Of a DNA stretch of 32,000 bases, positions 8,547-18,619 are shown one piece after another. The stretch lies in NCBI RefSeq assembly GCF_900289195.1, contig NZ_OMOH01000002.1, positions 121,206-153,205 of the forward strand, in the 5' to 3' direction. The stretch comes from Propionibacterium ruminifibrarum. GTDB taxonomy: Bacteria > Actinomycetota > Actinomycetes > Propionibacteriales > Propionibacteriaceae. How positions within the stretch are numbered: the stretch's first letter is position 1; every line of letters begins with the position of its first letter. Below the pieces are notes generated by a model. It was given only the letters and a program-made list of their open reading frames with translations. It did no database searches and was not told the origin of the DNA. The translations under genes were made by a program, and so were the position numbers.

Positions 8547-9962
8547 TCAGGAGGAGCCGTCCGGCTCCTCGACGACCGACATGGTGAGCGGGTCCACGGC
8601 CACGCCGGAGGCGTCGTCGGCCAGGATGTCGCGGGCCTCACCGGCGAGGTGCACCGAGCCGATGACGAGCACACCGGCCTCCTCCCCCGCGCCACCGGCG
8701 AGCGTCATGGCCCTGCTGAGCGCCTCGGCGGTGTCCTCGGCGGTGTGCACACGTGCTCGCCCGAACGCCCCGACGGCCAACGAGGCGATGTCCTCGACGC
8801 TCATGGCGCGCGGGCTGCTCCGAACAGTGGTGACGACGACCTGGTCGAGTTCGGCGGCGAGCAGGTCCAGCACCGCATCCACCTGCTTGTCGGCCATCAT
8901 GGCGAGCACGCCGATGGCCGGTCGCATGGTGAAGGCCTCCCGCAGGCCGGCCAGGGTGGCGCGGACGCCGTGCGGGTTGTGAGCCGTGTCGAGCACGACG
9001 AGCGGGTCGTGGTGGATGGCCTCCAACCGCCCGGGGGCCCGCACGCCGGCCAGTCCCTCGGCGAGGACCGCGGGATCGATGGGGCGCCCGCCGCAGAACG
9101 CCTCGACCGCTGCGACGGCCACGGCGGCGTTGTGGGCCATGTGGGCGCCGTGCAGGGGCAGGAAGAGATCCCCGACCGGTCCACCGGCGCCCTCGAGCCG
9201 CAGCAGCTGGCCGCCGACGGCCACCTGCCGGTCCAGCAGGGCGAAGTCGAGGCCTTCTCGCACCATCGTCGCGCCGACCTCGGCGCAGTGCCTGGACAGG
9301 ACGGCTGCGGCCTCGGGCCGCTGGCCGGCGAGCACCGCGGTCGCGCCCGGCTTGATGATGCCGGCCTTCTCGGCGGCGATCTGTCCGATCGTGGTGCCGA
9401 GGTACTGCATGTGGTCCATGTCGACCGGGCCGACGACGCCGACCCGGGCGTCGGCCACGTTGGTGGCGTCCCAGCGCCCGCCCATGCCGACCTCCATGAT
9501 CGCCACGTCGACGGGGGCGTCGGCGAAGGCCGCGTAGGCCAGGGCGACCATGACCTCGAAGAAGGTCAGGGCGATGCCATCGATCCGCCGGGCGTCGACG
9601 ATGTCGACCATGGGGCTGATCTGCTCCCAGAGTTCATCGAACCGGGCCGCCTCGATCGGGGCGCCGTCGATGCAGATGCGTTCGGTGATCTCCTGCAGGT
9701 GCGGGGAGGTGAAACGTCCGGTGCGCAGGCCCATCGAGCGCAGGAGGGCGTCGATCATGGCTGCCGTGCTGCCCTTGCCGTTGGTGCCGGTGACGGCGAT
9801 CACCGGGCATGCGTCCTGCGGCGAGCCGAGCAGTTCGCACAGCGCCTGGATGCGCACCAGGGTGGGGCCGATGCGATGCTCCGGCCATCGTGAGGTGAGT
9901 GACTCCACGATGGCGGCGTGGCTGGACGCCGGTCCGCGGTTCTTCTCTCGTGTGCTGGTCAT
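8547..9962 (-). CDS. folC: bifunctional folylpolyglutamate synthase / dihydrofolate synthase
   Basis: Mur-ligase P-loop VIAVTGTNGKGST, plus SPHLQEITERI and the downstream FolC pattern. ATG 9962 (MTSTREKN...) is chosen; the 56-aa upstream extension in the track lies in the intergenic region. Confidence 0.9.
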   Translation of the reverse strand: MTSTREKNRGPASSHAAIVESLTSRWPEHRIGPTLVRIQALCELLGSPQDACPVIAVTGTNGKGSTAAMIDALLRSMGLRTGRFTSPHLQEITERICIDGAPIEAARFDELWEQISPMVDIVDARRIDGIALTFFEVMVALAYAAFADAPVDVAIMEVGMGGRWDATNVADARVGVVGPVDMDHMQYLGTTIGQIAAEKAGIIKPGATAVLAGQRPEAAAVLSRHCAEVGATMVREGLDFALLDRQVAVGGQLLRLEGAGGPVGDLFLPLHGAHMAHNAAVAVAAVEAFCGGRPIDPAVLAEGLAGVRAPGRLEAIHHDPLVVLDTAHNPHGVRATLAGLREAFTMRPAIGVLAMMADKQVDAVLDLLAAELDQVVVTTVRSSPRAMSVEDIASLAVGAFGRARVHTAEDTAEALSRAMTLAGGAGEEAGVLVIGSVHLAGEARDILADDASGVAVDPLTMSVVEEPDGSS

Positions 9963-10096
9963 CGGGCTCAAGACTAGTTGCGGTTCTCGCCCCCGGAGCC
10001 CAGCAGTCCCGCGGGCGGGCGGGGCGGGTTCAGGGCTCGGGTAGACTCGCCTAGCGGTACGGACACGGATCAGGACGCTCGAGCCGGAAGGTTGAC

Positions 10097-10942
10097 ATGG
10101 CCTCGAAGAACTCAGGCAGGAAGCAGACACCCCCTGGCGGTGCGGGCATGAGTCGCCGCGAGGCGCTGCGCCAGGCCCAGGCCGCGCAGGCGGCCCACCA
10201 GAAGCGGGTGCGTCTGGCCCTCATCGTGGTGTGCGCCGTCGCCATCATCGCGGTGATCGTCGTCGTGGCGCTCGGCGCCACCGGGCGAATCGGCCGTGGA
10301 ACCGATGAGCCGACCGCGACGAACCTGGGCGAGCAGATCACCCCGCCGCACGCGAACGCCGACGGCAGTGGCATCCTCTCGCCGCTCAACTCCAACGACT
10401 CGGCCCCGACCCTGGTCATCTACGAGGACTACCAGTGCCCGATCTGCCAGACCTACGAGGAGCAGCTCGGCCCCGTCTTCAGTTCGCTGGCCTCCAGCGG
10501 GCAGATCAGGATCGAGTACCGCACCCGCACCTTCCTCGACCAGAACCTCGAGCAGCTCAACGCGGCCAAGGGCACCGCGGAGTCCTCCAAGCGGGCCGCG
10601 ATGGCCGCGGTCTGCGCCGATCAGGTCGGCAAGTTCCAGGAGTACCATGACGCCGCCTACGCCGCCGCGCCCGCGCAGGAGGGCGACGGGTACACCGAGG
10701 AGCAGCTGCGCTCCGAGATCGCCGAGGCGGCCGGCATCACCGGCGATGACCTGACGACCTTCCAGAGCTGCGTCGACGAGAACCAGGCGCAGACCTTCGT
10801 GGAGAACGTCGAACAGGCCGGCATGGACGCCGGTGTCACCGCGACCCCGACCTTCCAGGTCAACGGGAACCCGGTCTCGTTCCAGGGCGTCGACATCACG
10901 AGCGAGGAGTCGGTCCTGGAGGCCATCAGGGCCGCCGCCTGA
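10097..10942 (+). CDS. DsbA-family thiol:disulfide oxidoreductase, membrane-anchored
   Basis: N-terminal TM helix ([22 protein letters not shown]). Thioredoxin-fold CxxC active site (YQCPICQ). SD GGAAGG lies upstream of ATG 10097. Confidence 0.8.
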   Translation: MASKNSGRKQTPPGGAGMSRREALRQAQAAQAAHQKRVRLALIVVCAVAIIAVIVVVALGATGRIGRGTDEPTATNLGEQITPPHANADGSGILSPLNSNDSAPTLVIYEDYQCPICQTYEEQLGPVFSSLASSGQIRIEYRTRTFLDQNLEQLNAAKGTAESSKRAAMAAVCADQVGKFQEYHDAAYAAAPAQEGDGYTEEQLRSEIAEAAGITGDDLTTFQSCVDENQAQTFVENVEQAGMDAGVTATPTFQVNGNPVSFQGVDITSEESVLEAIRAAA

Positions 10943-10967
10943 GCCGACCGCGTCGCACCTTCTCAAC

Positions 10968-11008
10968 CACGGGTGGGCCCCGCCTGAACGGGCGGGGGCC
11001 CACCCGTG
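10968..11008 (+). terminator. strong GC hairpin downstream of the DsbA-like gene
   Basis: CACGGGTGGGCCCCGCC-tgaacg-GGCGGGGGCCCACCCGTG forms a 17-bp stem with one bulged G. There is no U-tract, which is common in high-GC actinobacteria. Confidence 0.6.
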
Positions 11009-11046
11009 TCCGCGGCGCTGCGGGACCGGCTGGAGGGCACTGCCCG

Positions 11047-13665
11047 GTGAGTAGGATGTCCCCCATGACTGCCACACCTGCACCGACGACACCCGCATCG
11101 ACCCCCCAGGGCTGGCGGGTACCGGATCGTCCGGTGCTCGAGGGGCTCGAGGACAAGTGGGCCGCGGCCTGGGAGGCCGACCAGCTGTACGCGTTCACGC
11201 GCCCCGAGGATCGTCGCCAGGTGTTCAGCATCGACACGCCCCCGCCCACCGTCTCCGGCTCCCTGCACGTCGGTCACGTGTTCAGCTACACCCACACCGA
11301 CGTCGTGGCCCGCTACCAGCGCATGATGGGCAAGCACGTCTTCTACCCGATGGGCTGGGACGACAACGGGCTGCCCACCGAGCGGCGTGTCCAGAACTAC
11401 TTCGGGGTGCGCTGCGACCCGTCGATCCCCTACGACCCCGATTTCGAGCCCCCGGCCAGGCCCGATCCGAAGAAGCAGGTGCCGATCAGCCGCCGCAACT
11501 TCGTCGAACTGTGCCACCGCCTCACCGTGGTGGACGAGGAGGCGTTCGCCGAGCTGTGGCGCAAGGTCGGGCTGTCGGTCGACTGGAACCAGCTGTACAC
11601 GACGATCGGCACCGAGACCCAGCGCATCTCGCAGCTGGCCTTCCTGCGCAACTACGAACGCGGTGAGGCCTACATGAGCGAGGCCCCCACCATGTGGGAC
11701 GTCACCTTCCAGACCGCCGTCGCCCAGGCCGAGCTCGAGGCCCGCGACTACCCCGGCGCCTACCACCGCCTGGCCTTCCACGCCGAGGACGGCGCCGACG
11801 TCTTCATCGAGACGACCCGCCCCGAGCTGCTCGTCTCCTGCTGCGCCCTCATCGCCCACCCGGATGACGAGCGCTACAAGAACCTGTTCGGCCAGACGGT
11901 CACGACGCCGGTCTTCGGCGTCGAGGTGCCGGTCCTGGCCCACCCGGCCGCCGAGATGGACAAGGGCGCCGGCATCGCCATGTGCTGCACCTTCGGCGAC
12001 CTCACCGACGTCCAGTGGTGGCGCGAACTGAGCCTGCCCACGCGCACGGTGATCGGCCGCGACGGCCGTCTGCAGCGCGAGCTGCCCGACTGGCTGCCCG
12101 ACCCCTCGTTCTACGAGGCCGAGCTGGCCGGCAAGACCGTCTTCAGCGCCCGCGCCGCCATGGTCACCAAACTGCAGGCCACCGGTGAGATGGTCGGCGA
12201 ACCGAAACCGACCCAGCGCATGGCCAATTTCTACGAGAAGGGCGACAAGCCCCTCGAGATCGTCTCGACCCGCCAGTGGTACATCTCCAACGGCGGCCGT
12301 GACGAGGAGCTCAAGGCCCGCCTGCTGTCCCGCGGCGACCAGATCGACTTCGTGCCCGAGCACATGAGGTTCCGCTACTCGAACTGGGTCGAGGGCCTCA
12401 ACGGTGACTGGCTCATCAGCCGCCAGCGCTTCTTCGGCATCCCCTTCCCCGTCTGGTACCGGCTCGACGCGAACGGCGACCCCGACTACGCCGACCCGAT
12501 CATGGCGGCACCGGAGACCCTGCCGGTCGACCCGAGCTCGGACTGCCCGCCCGGCTTCGAACCCGGGCAGCGCGGTGTCCCCGGCGGTTTCATGGCCGAC
12601 CCCGACGTCATGGACACGTGGGCGACCAGTTCGCTGACGCCCGAGATCGTCTGCGGCTGGGAGCGCGACCCCGAGCTGTTCGGGCTGACCTTCCCGATGG
12701 ACCTGGCACCACAGGCCCACGACATCATCCGCACCTGGCTGTTCAGCCGGGTCGTCCGCGCCGACTTCGAGTTCGGCACCGTCCCGTGGCGACGCGCCAC
12801 CGTCTCGGGCTTCGTCGTGGACCCCGACCGCAAGAAGATGAGCAAGTCGAAGGGCAATGTGATCGTGCCCACCGACATCATCGACAAGTACGGCGCGGAC
12901 GCCGTGCGCTGGCGTGCCGCGATGGCCCGCCCGGGCATGGACTCCCCCTTCGACGAACGGCAGATGAAGGTCGGGCGCCGGCTCGCCATGAAGGTGCTCA
13001 ACGCCAGCAGGTTCGTACTCGGCATGGGCGCCCCGACCGGCCCCGAGGCCATCACCGAGCCCATCGACCTCGCCGAGCTGGCCGTGCTGCGCGAGGTCGT
13101 CGACAAGGCCGGCAGGGCACTGGCAGAGTTCGACTACACGACGGCGCTGGAGGCCACCGAGACCTTCTTCTGGAGCTTCTGCGACGACTACCTGGAGCTC
13201 GTCAAGGAACGCGCCTACGGCGCCCGCGGCGAGCAGACCGCGGCCTCGGCGAACGCGAGTCTGCAGCTGGCCCTCTCGGTCGTCCTGAGGCTGCTGGCCC
13301 CGTTCATGCCGTTCGTCACCGAGGAGGTCTGGAGCTGGTGGCAGGACGGTTCGGTGCACACCGCCGCCTGGCCCACTGTCGACGAGCTGCCGGTCGGTGG
13401 AGACACCGCGCTCGTGGCCGACATGGCCGCCGCCCTGATCCTGGTGCGCGGCGCCAAGTCCGACGCCAAGGTCTCCATGCGGACCCCGGTCGAGGCCATC
13501 ACCGTGACGGGCCCGGCGTCCTCGGTCGCCAACCTCGCCCTGATCGCCGACGACCTGTCGGCCGTCGGTCGCATCACGTGCCCGATCGCCTTCGTCGAGG
13601 CGGGCGAGAACCTCGCCGCCGAGATCACCCTGGGCGAGCCCCCGGCGAAGAAACCGCGTAGCTGA
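11047..13665 (+). CDS. valS: valine--tRNA ligase
   Basis: Class I aaRS motifs HVGH ([21 protein letters not shown]) and KMSKS (KKMSKSKGN), with ValS-type length. In-frame alternative starts are ATG 11056 and ATG 11065. ATG 11065 lies 7 nt after a TAGGAT -10-like hexamer, so the mRNA may be leaderless. Confidence 0.9.
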   Translation: MSRMSPMTATPAPTTPASTPQGWRVPDRPVLEGLEDKWAAAWEADQLYAFTRPEDRRQVFSIDTPPPTVSGSLHVGHVFSYTHTDVVARYQRMMGKHVFYPMGWDDNGLPTERRVQNYFGVRCDPSIPYDPDFEPPARPDPKKQVPISRRNFVELCHRLTVVDEEAFAELWRKVGLSVDWNQLYTTIGTETQRISQLAFLRNYERGEAYMSEAPTMWDVTFQTAVAQAELEARDYPGAYHRLAFHAEDGADVFIETTRPELLVSCCALIAHPDDERYKNLFGQTVTTPVFGVEVPVLAHPAAEMDKGAGIAMCCTFGDLTDVQWWRELSLPTRTVIGRDGRLQRELPDWLPDPSFYEAELAGKTVFSARAAMVTKLQATGEMVGEPKPTQRMANFYEKGDKPLEIVSTRQWYISNGGRDEELKARLLSRGDQIDFVPEHMRFRYSNWVEGLNGDWLISRQRFFGIPFPVWYRLDANGDPDYADPIMAAPETLPVDPSSDCPPGFEPGQRGVPGGFMADPDVMDTWATSSLTPEIVCGWERDPELFGLTFPMDLAPQAHDIIRTWLFSRVVRADFEFGTVPWRRATVSGFVVDPDRKKMSKSKGNVIVPTDIIDKYGADAVRWRAAMARPGMDSPFDERQMKVGRRLAMKVLNASRFVLGMGAPTGPEAITEPIDLAELAVLREVVDKAGRALAEFDYTTALEATETFFWSFCDDYLELVKERAYGARGEQTAASANASLQLALSVVLRLLAPFMPFVTEEVWSWWQDGSVHTAAWPTVDELPVGGDTALVADMAAALILVRGAKSDAKVSMRTPVEAITVTGPASSVANLALIADDLSAVGRITCPIAFVEAGENLAAEITLGEPPAKKPRS

Positions 13666-13756
13666 GACGGCCGGCTCGGGGCGGGCCCGTGCCCGTGCTG
13701 CAGAGGCCGGGCGCGGGGCTCCCGCTACCTGGAACGCCGGTTCGGACTCTTCCTGG

Positions 13757-15187
13757 TCATCGCAGGGATTCCTGCAGCGTGTCGATGACGTCGGCCAGTG
13801 ACCCCTCGTCGCCGACGTTGCCGGGGAAGACGACGTAGGGGATGCCGCGGGCCGGCCCGTCGACGGGCTCCCACAGCGAGATGATGCCCGGCAGCATCGG
13901 GCCGCGGGCGATGGCGCGGCGGATCCCCAACCCGCGCGAGGCGACGTCCGAGGACGTGATGCCGCCCTTGGCGACGACGAAGCGCGGGGCCCGGGCCCCC
14001 AGGGTGCGGCGGACGACCTCGACGACGGCGTCGGAGACGGCACGCGCGATGCGCAGTGAGTCGTCCGCGTCGGCCCCGGTGACGAGGGTCTCACTGCAGC
14101 GCACGAGGGCGGTACCCCGCCCCAGCTGCGCGACGGCGGCCGCGACGACCTCGTCCAGGTGGGCGGCGCGGGTGGATTCGTCGAGCGTCCTGGGCACGTC
14201 GAGGACGAGCTGCGCGATCTCGTCGCGCCCGGCCAGGGCGCCGACCTGGCGCCTGGTGAGACCGACATGGGAGCCGACCACCACCAGACCACCGGCCGCG
14301 TCCGAGGCCGCGGCGCCGGGGGCGGGCCGGCACGCGTCGGGACCGAGCGGGACCCGGGGCGGCTGCCCGATACGCGCCCGGACGAAGGGCGGACCGACGC
14401 GGTAGATGAAGTTGTGGCCGAGCGCCTCGGCACGGGCCAGGCCGAGGGCGAGCAGGCGCAGGTCGTTCTCCTCCAGGCAGTCGACGACGATCGGCTGGGC
14501 GTCGCGCGCCCCGGCCAGCGCGGCCACGACCGCCTCGGGATCGGTGCGCAGCGCACCCAGGCCGATGCGGATGACCTCGTCCGCCGCCAACCGCCCGCCG
14601 GACTTCTCCTGCACCCAGTCGGCGAGGTCGGAGGACCGGTACCCGAAGGTGGCGTCGGAGGCGAACTCGCTGTCCCCCACCGGCACGAAGCCGTCGGCAA
14701 CGCTGCCCGCGTAGTGCACCGCGTCGAGGGTGATGCGACCCGCCTCGGGGAAGGCCGGCACGAGGACGACGCCGTCGACCCGGCGACCGTGCTGGGCGAG
14801 TACGGCGGCGATGGCATCCGGCTCGAGCGGGTAGTGGCCGCGCAGCGTCGAGTCCGAGCGCGAGACGAACGCCACCCGCCGGCAGGTCCTGCGGGCCGCC
14901 TCCAGGCCGTTGCGTACGGCCTCCCGGTTGACGCGCTCGGCATCGGCGGGCCCGAGGCTGCGCGAGTTCGTCATGACGTAGACGGCGGCCGCGCCCGTCG
15001 ACAGGCCCCATTCGAGGTCCTCGACCTGCCAGGTGGTCACGACCGGCAGCTCGGACACCGACTGGGTGCCGGTGGGGTCGTCGTCGAGGACGATGAGCGC
15101 CGGGCAGCCCGCCCCCGCGACGTCCTCGGCGCGGACGGCGGGCGCGCCGGGCCGTCCGGCGGTCAGGTCCTCCCAGCTGATTCTCAT
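13757..15187 (-). CDS. four-carbon acid sugar kinase family protein (DUF1537, OtnK/DtnK-like)
   Basis: N-terminal LIVLDDDPTGTQS motif and the two-domain length (~476 aa) are typical of the family. ATG 15187 (MRISWEDL) is preferred over GTG 15196. Confidence 0.8.
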   Translation of the reverse strand: MRISWEDLTAGRPGAPAVRAEDVAGAGCPALIVLDDDPTGTQSVSELPVVTTWQVEDLEWGLSTGAAAVYVMTNSRSLGPADAERVNREAVRNGLEAARRTCRRVAFVSRSDSTLRGHYPLEPDAIAAVLAQHGRRVDGVVLVPAFPEAGRITLDAVHYAGSVADGFVPVGDSEFASDATFGYRSSDLADWVQEKSGGRLAADEVIRIGLGALRTDPEAVVAALAGARDAQPIVVDCLEENDLRLLALGLARAEALGHNFIYRVGPPFVRARIGQPPRVPLGPDACRPAPGAAASDAAGGLVVVGSHVGLTRRQVGALAGRDEIAQLVLDVPRTLDESTRAAHLDEVVAAAVAQLGRGTALVRCSETLVTGADADDSLRIARAVSDAVVEVVRRTLGARAPRFVVAKGGITSSDVASRGLGIRRAIARGPMLPGIISLWEPVDGPARGIPYVVFPGNVGDEGSLADVIDTLQESLR

Positions 15188-15307
15188 GACGGACACCCCC
15201 GTGCGCTGACCTGTGATGAGTCGACGCTAGCCGCCGTCACCGGCGCATGACAAGGCGGCTTGGGGCCGCTTCAGCGGCACCGTCCCGGCCCCGGCCGGGC
15301 GGCTCTC

Positions 15308-16042
15308 TCAGGGCCCGACGTGCTCGAGCAGCAGCTGGTCGAGCGAGGCGACGGCCGGCTGGTCCGCCGGCCCCTCGCCGCGGCCGCCGCGGTCGAGCCA
15401 GACCGACTGCATGCCGACCCGGCTCGCCCCCACGGCGTCGCGCAGGTGGTCGTCGACGTAGCCGACCGCTGCCGGAACGGCGTCCAGCCTCGCGCACGCC
15501 GCCCGGTAGGCGCCGGGGTCGGGTTTGCCGGCACCGAGCTGGTCGGACGAGAAGACCTGGGCGAACCGGCCCTCCAGTCCGAGCCTGCGGACCTTCATCA
15601 CGGTCATCTGCTGGGCGGAGTTCGACAGCACCGCCACGGGGACGCCCGCCGCGTCGGCGCGGTCGATGAGCGCCAGCGCGTCGGGCCATGGGGTGCACGC
15701 CTCGGCGAAGGCGGACCGGTAGGTCGACTCGAAACGCCGCAGGTGCTCGTCGTCGACCCGGACCCCGAGACCGTTGGCCATGTCCACCAGGCGTCCGCGC
15801 CGCATCTCCTCGAAGTCGATCTCGCCCCTGGCGAACCGGTCGAACCAGCCGGTCCGGTCCGCCACGTACTCCTGGATGCTGCGCTCCCGATCCGGCTCGC
15901 CCAGCTGCGGCCACAGTGCCCTGGTCGCACACCGCAGACCGGCCCGCATGGCCCGGTCGGTCTGGTTGATGGTGTCGTCCATGTCGAGGACGAGCGCGGC
16001 GACACGCAGCACCAGCAGGCGGCGGTCGGGAACGGCGGGCAC
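15308..16042 (-). CDS. HAD-IA family hydrolase/phosphatase
   Basis: Motif I LVLDMDDT (DxD). Motif II VLSNS. A C-terminal GYVDD-type acidic motif is present. 244 aa. Confidence 0.75.
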   Translation of the reverse strand: MPAVPDRRLLVLRVAALVLDMDDTINQTDRAMRAGLRCATRALWPQLGEPDRERSIQEYVADRTGWFDRFARGEIDFEEMRRGRLVDMANGLGVRVDDEHLRRFESTYRSAFAEACTPWPDALALIDRADAAGVPVAVLSNSAQQMTVMKVRRLGLEGRFAQVFSSDQLGAGKPDPGAYRAACARLDAVPAAVGYVDDHLRDAVGASRVGMQSVWLDRGGRGEGPADQPAVASLDQLLLEHVGP

Positions 16043-16163
16043 ACGCCCAGCATAGGGGCAGTCCCGGGGTCGCGCGGCGCGGGTCGCACAGCCCGTTGCC
16101 AGCCAGCGACCCTAGTCTCGGCCCTGTCAGCCCTTATCAGGGTCCCTATGTGGAGTTCACCCC

Positions 16164-17252
16164 ATGTCCACCACCGTCCAAGGAGTCGTCTCGCGCGCCA
16201 AGGGCGCACCAGTCGAACTGCTCGATGTCGTCGTCCCCGATCCCGGTCCCGGCGAGGTCGTCGTGGACGTCGCCGCGTGCGGGATCTGCCAGACGGATCT
16301 GCACTACGTCACCGGCGCCGTCGGCGACGGCTACCCGTTCCTCATCGGCCACGAGGCGGCCGGCACCGTGACCGCCATCGGCGCCGGCGTCACCCATGTG
16401 CAGGTGGGCGACCGTGTCGTCCTGAACTGGCGAGCCGTCTGCGGTCAGTGCCGCGCCTGCCGGCGCGGTGAACCCTGGTACTGCTTCGACACCGCGAATG
16501 CGACCCAGCCGATGCGACTCGCCGACGGCACCGCGCTGACGGCCGCGCTCGGCATCGGCGCACTGGCGCCCCGGACGCTCGTCGCCGAGGGGCAGTGCAC
16601 GAGGTTCGACCCGTCCGTGCGGCCCGAGGTCGCCGGGCTGCTCGGCTGCGGCATCATGGCCGGTCTCGGCGCCGCGCTCAACACCGCCGCCGTGCGTCGC
16701 GGCGAACAGGTGGCGGTCATCGGCCTGGGCGGCGTCGGCATGGCCGCCCTGCTCGGCGCCCGGCTGGCCGGTGCGACCGGCGTCATCGCCGTCGACACCG
16801 ACACCAGCAAGCTGTCCCTGGCCTCGGACCTGGGCGCCACCGCGACCATCGACGCCGGCAGCTGCGATGTCGTCGCACGGATCCACGAGCTGACCGGCGG
16901 GGTCGGCGCCGACGTCGTCATCGACGCGGTCGGTACGCCCGGCACCTGGAAGCAGGCCTTCTACGCCCGTGACCTGGCCGGGCGCGTGGTCCTCGTGGGG
17001 GTGCCGGCCCCCGACGCGCGGCTCGACCTCCCGCTGGCCGACGTCTTCGACTACGGCGGCTCCCTGAAGTCGAGCTGGTACGGCGACTGCCTGCCCGAAC
17101 GCGACATCCCGATGCTGCTCGACCTGTACCGGCAGGGCCGGCTCGACCTGGACGTCTTCGTCTCGGAGACGATCGGCATCGATCAGGTGAACGAGGCCTT
17201 CGAGAGGATGCGCGCCGGGAAGGTGCTGCGTTCCGTCGTGCTCATGCAGTGA
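16164..17252 (+). CDS. Zn-dependent class III alcohol dehydrogenase, S-(hydroxymethyl)mycothiol dehydrogenase-like
   Basis: Catalytic Zn ligands ([17 protein letters not shown]). Structural Zn cluster ([15 protein letters not shown]). Rossmann motif GLGGVG. From memory, the overall sequence closely resembles mycobacterial MscR/AdhE2. Confidence 0.8.
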   Translation: MSTTVQGVVSRAKGAPVELLDVVVPDPGPGEVVVDVAACGICQTDLHYVTGAVGDGYPFLIGHEAAGTVTAIGAGVTHVQVGDRVVLNWRAVCGQCRACRRGEPWYCFDTANATQPMRLADGTALTAALGIGALAPRTLVAEGQCTRFDPSVRPEVAGLLGCGIMAGLGAALNTAAVRRGEQVAVIGLGGVGMAALLGARLAGATGVIAVDTDTSKLSLASDLGATATIDAGSCDVVARIHELTGGVGADVVIDAVGTPGTWKQAFYARDLAGRVVLVGVPAPDARLDLPLADVFDYGGSLKSSWYGDCLPERDIPMLLDLYRQGRLDLDVFVSETIGIDQVNEAFERMRAGKVLRSVVLMQ

Positions 17253-17257
17253 CGGCA

Positions 17258-17282
17258 GTGGGCGCCGGTGCCGGCGCCCCAC
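17258..17282. terminator. bidirectional GC hairpin between convergent ADH and lipoyl-protein genes
   Basis: GTGGGCGCC-ggtgcc-GGCGCCCCAC forms a 9-bp stem with one bulge. It lies in the 37-nt gap between stops at 17252 (+) and 17290 (-). Confidence 0.55.
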
Positions 17283-17289
17283 AGGTGAC

Positions 17290-17577
17290 TCAGCCGTGCT
17301 GGGCGATGAACGCGTCGATCTCGGCATCGGGGGTGTCCGCATCGGCGATGACGCCGAGCAGCGCACCGACCTCGTAGCTCTGGCCCGACTCGGCGATGAG
17401 CCTGCGGATCACCCCTGCGGCCGGCGAGGGCAGCTCGCCCTCGATCTTGTCGCTGGAGATACCGGCGAGGTTGTCCTCGGCCGCGACGGTGTCGCCCTCG
17501 GCGACGTTCCACTCGGTGAACTCGCCCTCCTGCATGGTCATGCCCCACTTGGGCATGGTGATCGCTGTGATGGCCAT
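17290..17577 (-). CDS. stand-alone lipoyl-domain protein (E2 lipoyl carrier without catalytic domain)
   Basis: 95 aa. ITMPKWGMTMQEGEF...GISSDKIEGELPSPAAGVI is a complete lipoyl-attachment domain with the DK lipoyl-lysine. SD AAGGAG lies 8 nt upstream of ATG 17577. The ORF ends soon after the domain, and the track's longer N-terminus overlaps E1 beta. Confidence 0.8.
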   Translation of the reverse strand: MAITAITMPKWGMTMQEGEFTEWNVAEGDTVAAEDNLAGISSDKIEGELPSPAAGVIRRLIAESGQSYEVGALLGVIADADTPDAEIDAFIAQHG

Positions 17578-17588
17578 GTCTCTGCTCC

Positions 17589-18602
17589 TTATGCGTCGAC
17601 CGGTTCCAGGGTGGTGCGGACCGCTGCGGCGATCTCGTCGGGGCCGGGCAGGTAGGCCTCCTCCAGCACGTGCGCGAACGGCACGGGCGTGTGGGGCGGG
17701 GTGACCAGCCCGATCGGTGCCCGCAACCGCGGCCCGCGGGTTGCGACCAGGCTCACCAGGTCGGTCCCCATGCCGCACCGCGGGTAGCCCTCGTCGACGA
17801 CCACGCACCGCCCGGTCCTGGTGACGGAGGCGAGGATCGTCGCCTCGTCCAGCGGCGACGTGGTGCGCGGGTCGACGACCTCGACGCCGACGCCCTCTCC
17901 CTGGAGCGCCTCGGCGGCCCGCTGGGCCCTCGGCACCATCTGCCCCAGTGCGACGACGGTCACGTCGGTGCCCTCGCGCACGACATTGGCCTGGCCGAGC
18001 GGCACCTCGTAGAGCTCGGTCGGAACCTCGCCGCGTACGCCATACAACGCCTTGTGCTCGCAGAAGATGACCGGGTCGTCGTCACGGATCGCCGCGGTCA
18101 GCAGGCCCTTGGCGTCGTAGGGGCTGCTCGGCACGACGACCTTGAGGCCGGGGATGTTGGTGAAGATGTTGTACAGCGTCTGGGAGTGCTGGGCGGCGGC
18201 ACCGGCACCGGCGCCGTAGCAGGTGCGGACCACCATCGGGGTCCGCGTCTTGCCGCCGAACATGTAGCGGAACTTCGCGGCCTGGTTGAAGATCTGGTCG
18301 AAACAGACCCCCAGGAAGTCGATGAACATCAACTCGGCCACCGGACGCAGCCCGCTGACCGCCGCGCCCGCCGCGGCACCCATGATCGCCGACTCGCTGA
18401 TCGGGGTGTCCAGGACGCGGTCGGGGAACTTCTCCCACAGTCCCTTGGTCAGGCCGAAGACACCGCCCCAGGCGTCCATCGGCTGACTGGTTCCGGCGCC
18501 GCCGGCGACGTCCTCCCCGAACACGACGACCGAGGGGTCCCGGTCCATCTCCTGGGCGAGGGCCTCGTTGATGGCTTTCATGTAGCTCAGTGTGCGTGCC
18601 AT
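17589..18602 (-). CDS. 2-oxoacid (acetoin/pyruvate-type) dehydrogenase E1 component beta subunit
   Basis: 337 aa. MKAINEALAQEMDRDPSVVVFGEDV...DTPISESAIMGAAAGAA is the typical transketolase-like pyrimidine-binding and C-terminal domain pattern. Confidence 0.9.
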   Translation of the reverse strand: MARTLSYMKAINEALAQEMDRDPSVVVFGEDVAGGAGTSQPMDAWGGVFGLTKGLWEKFPDRVLDTPISESAIMGAAAGAAVSGLRPVAELMFIDFLGVCFDQIFNQAAKFRYMFGGKTRTPMVVRTCYGAGAGAAAQHSQTLYNIFTNIPGLKVVVPSSPYDAKGLLTAAIRDDDPVIFCEHKALYGVRGEVPTELYEVPLGQANVVREGTDVTVVALGQMVPRAQRAAEALQGEGVGVEVVDPRTTSPLDEATILASVTRTGRCVVVDEGYPRCGMGTDLVSLVATRGPRLRAPIGLVTPPHTPVPFAHVLEEAYLPGPDEIAAAVRTTLEPVDA

Positions 18603-18619
18603 TGTCTGCGTCCTTCCAC

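Noticed and set aside
8468-8695. N-terminal extensions of ORF-track models: CPBP 8468-8695, folC 9963-10130, pfk 23351-23470, clpX 26545-26631, lipoyl protein 17578-17808, regulator 22137-22439
   Set aside because: The extensions overlap the upstream gene or intergenic hairpins, and they lack homology-type sequence. Internal ATG/GTG starts with good SD sequences coincide with the conserved protein N-termini.
9963-13756. Inverted repeats or mobile-element scars flanking the apparently inverted DsbA-like/valS block
   Set aside because: Comparing 9963-10096 with the reverse complement of 13666-13756 showed only short G-rich similarity (GGGGCGGG). No terminal repeats, transposase or integrase are present. 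Inversion remains a synteny-based inference only.
10963-14943. 1326-aa ORF on the minus strand spanning the whole valS region and into the sugar-kinase gene
   Set aside because: It lies antisense to a confidently identified valS. It has an Arg/Gly/Ala/Pro-dominated low-complexity composition and no motifs. This is the classic stop-codon-poor shadow frame of a ~70% GC genome.
16083-16101. Possible third copy of the direct-repeat box upstream of the HAD gene (GTCGCAC-N5-GTTGCCA)
   Set aside because: It has three mismatches over the two heptamers and 12-bp spacing. In a GC-rich genome this similarity is within chance expectation. It is mentioned only as a lead, not called as a feature.
17722-17745. 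Imperfect palindrome CGCAACCGCGG…CCGCGGGTTGCG inside the E1 beta coding region
   Set aside because: It is an in-CDS GC palindrome with a bulge and a 3-nt loop, a type frequent in high-GC coding sequence. No positional logic, such as a gene boundary, supports a function.
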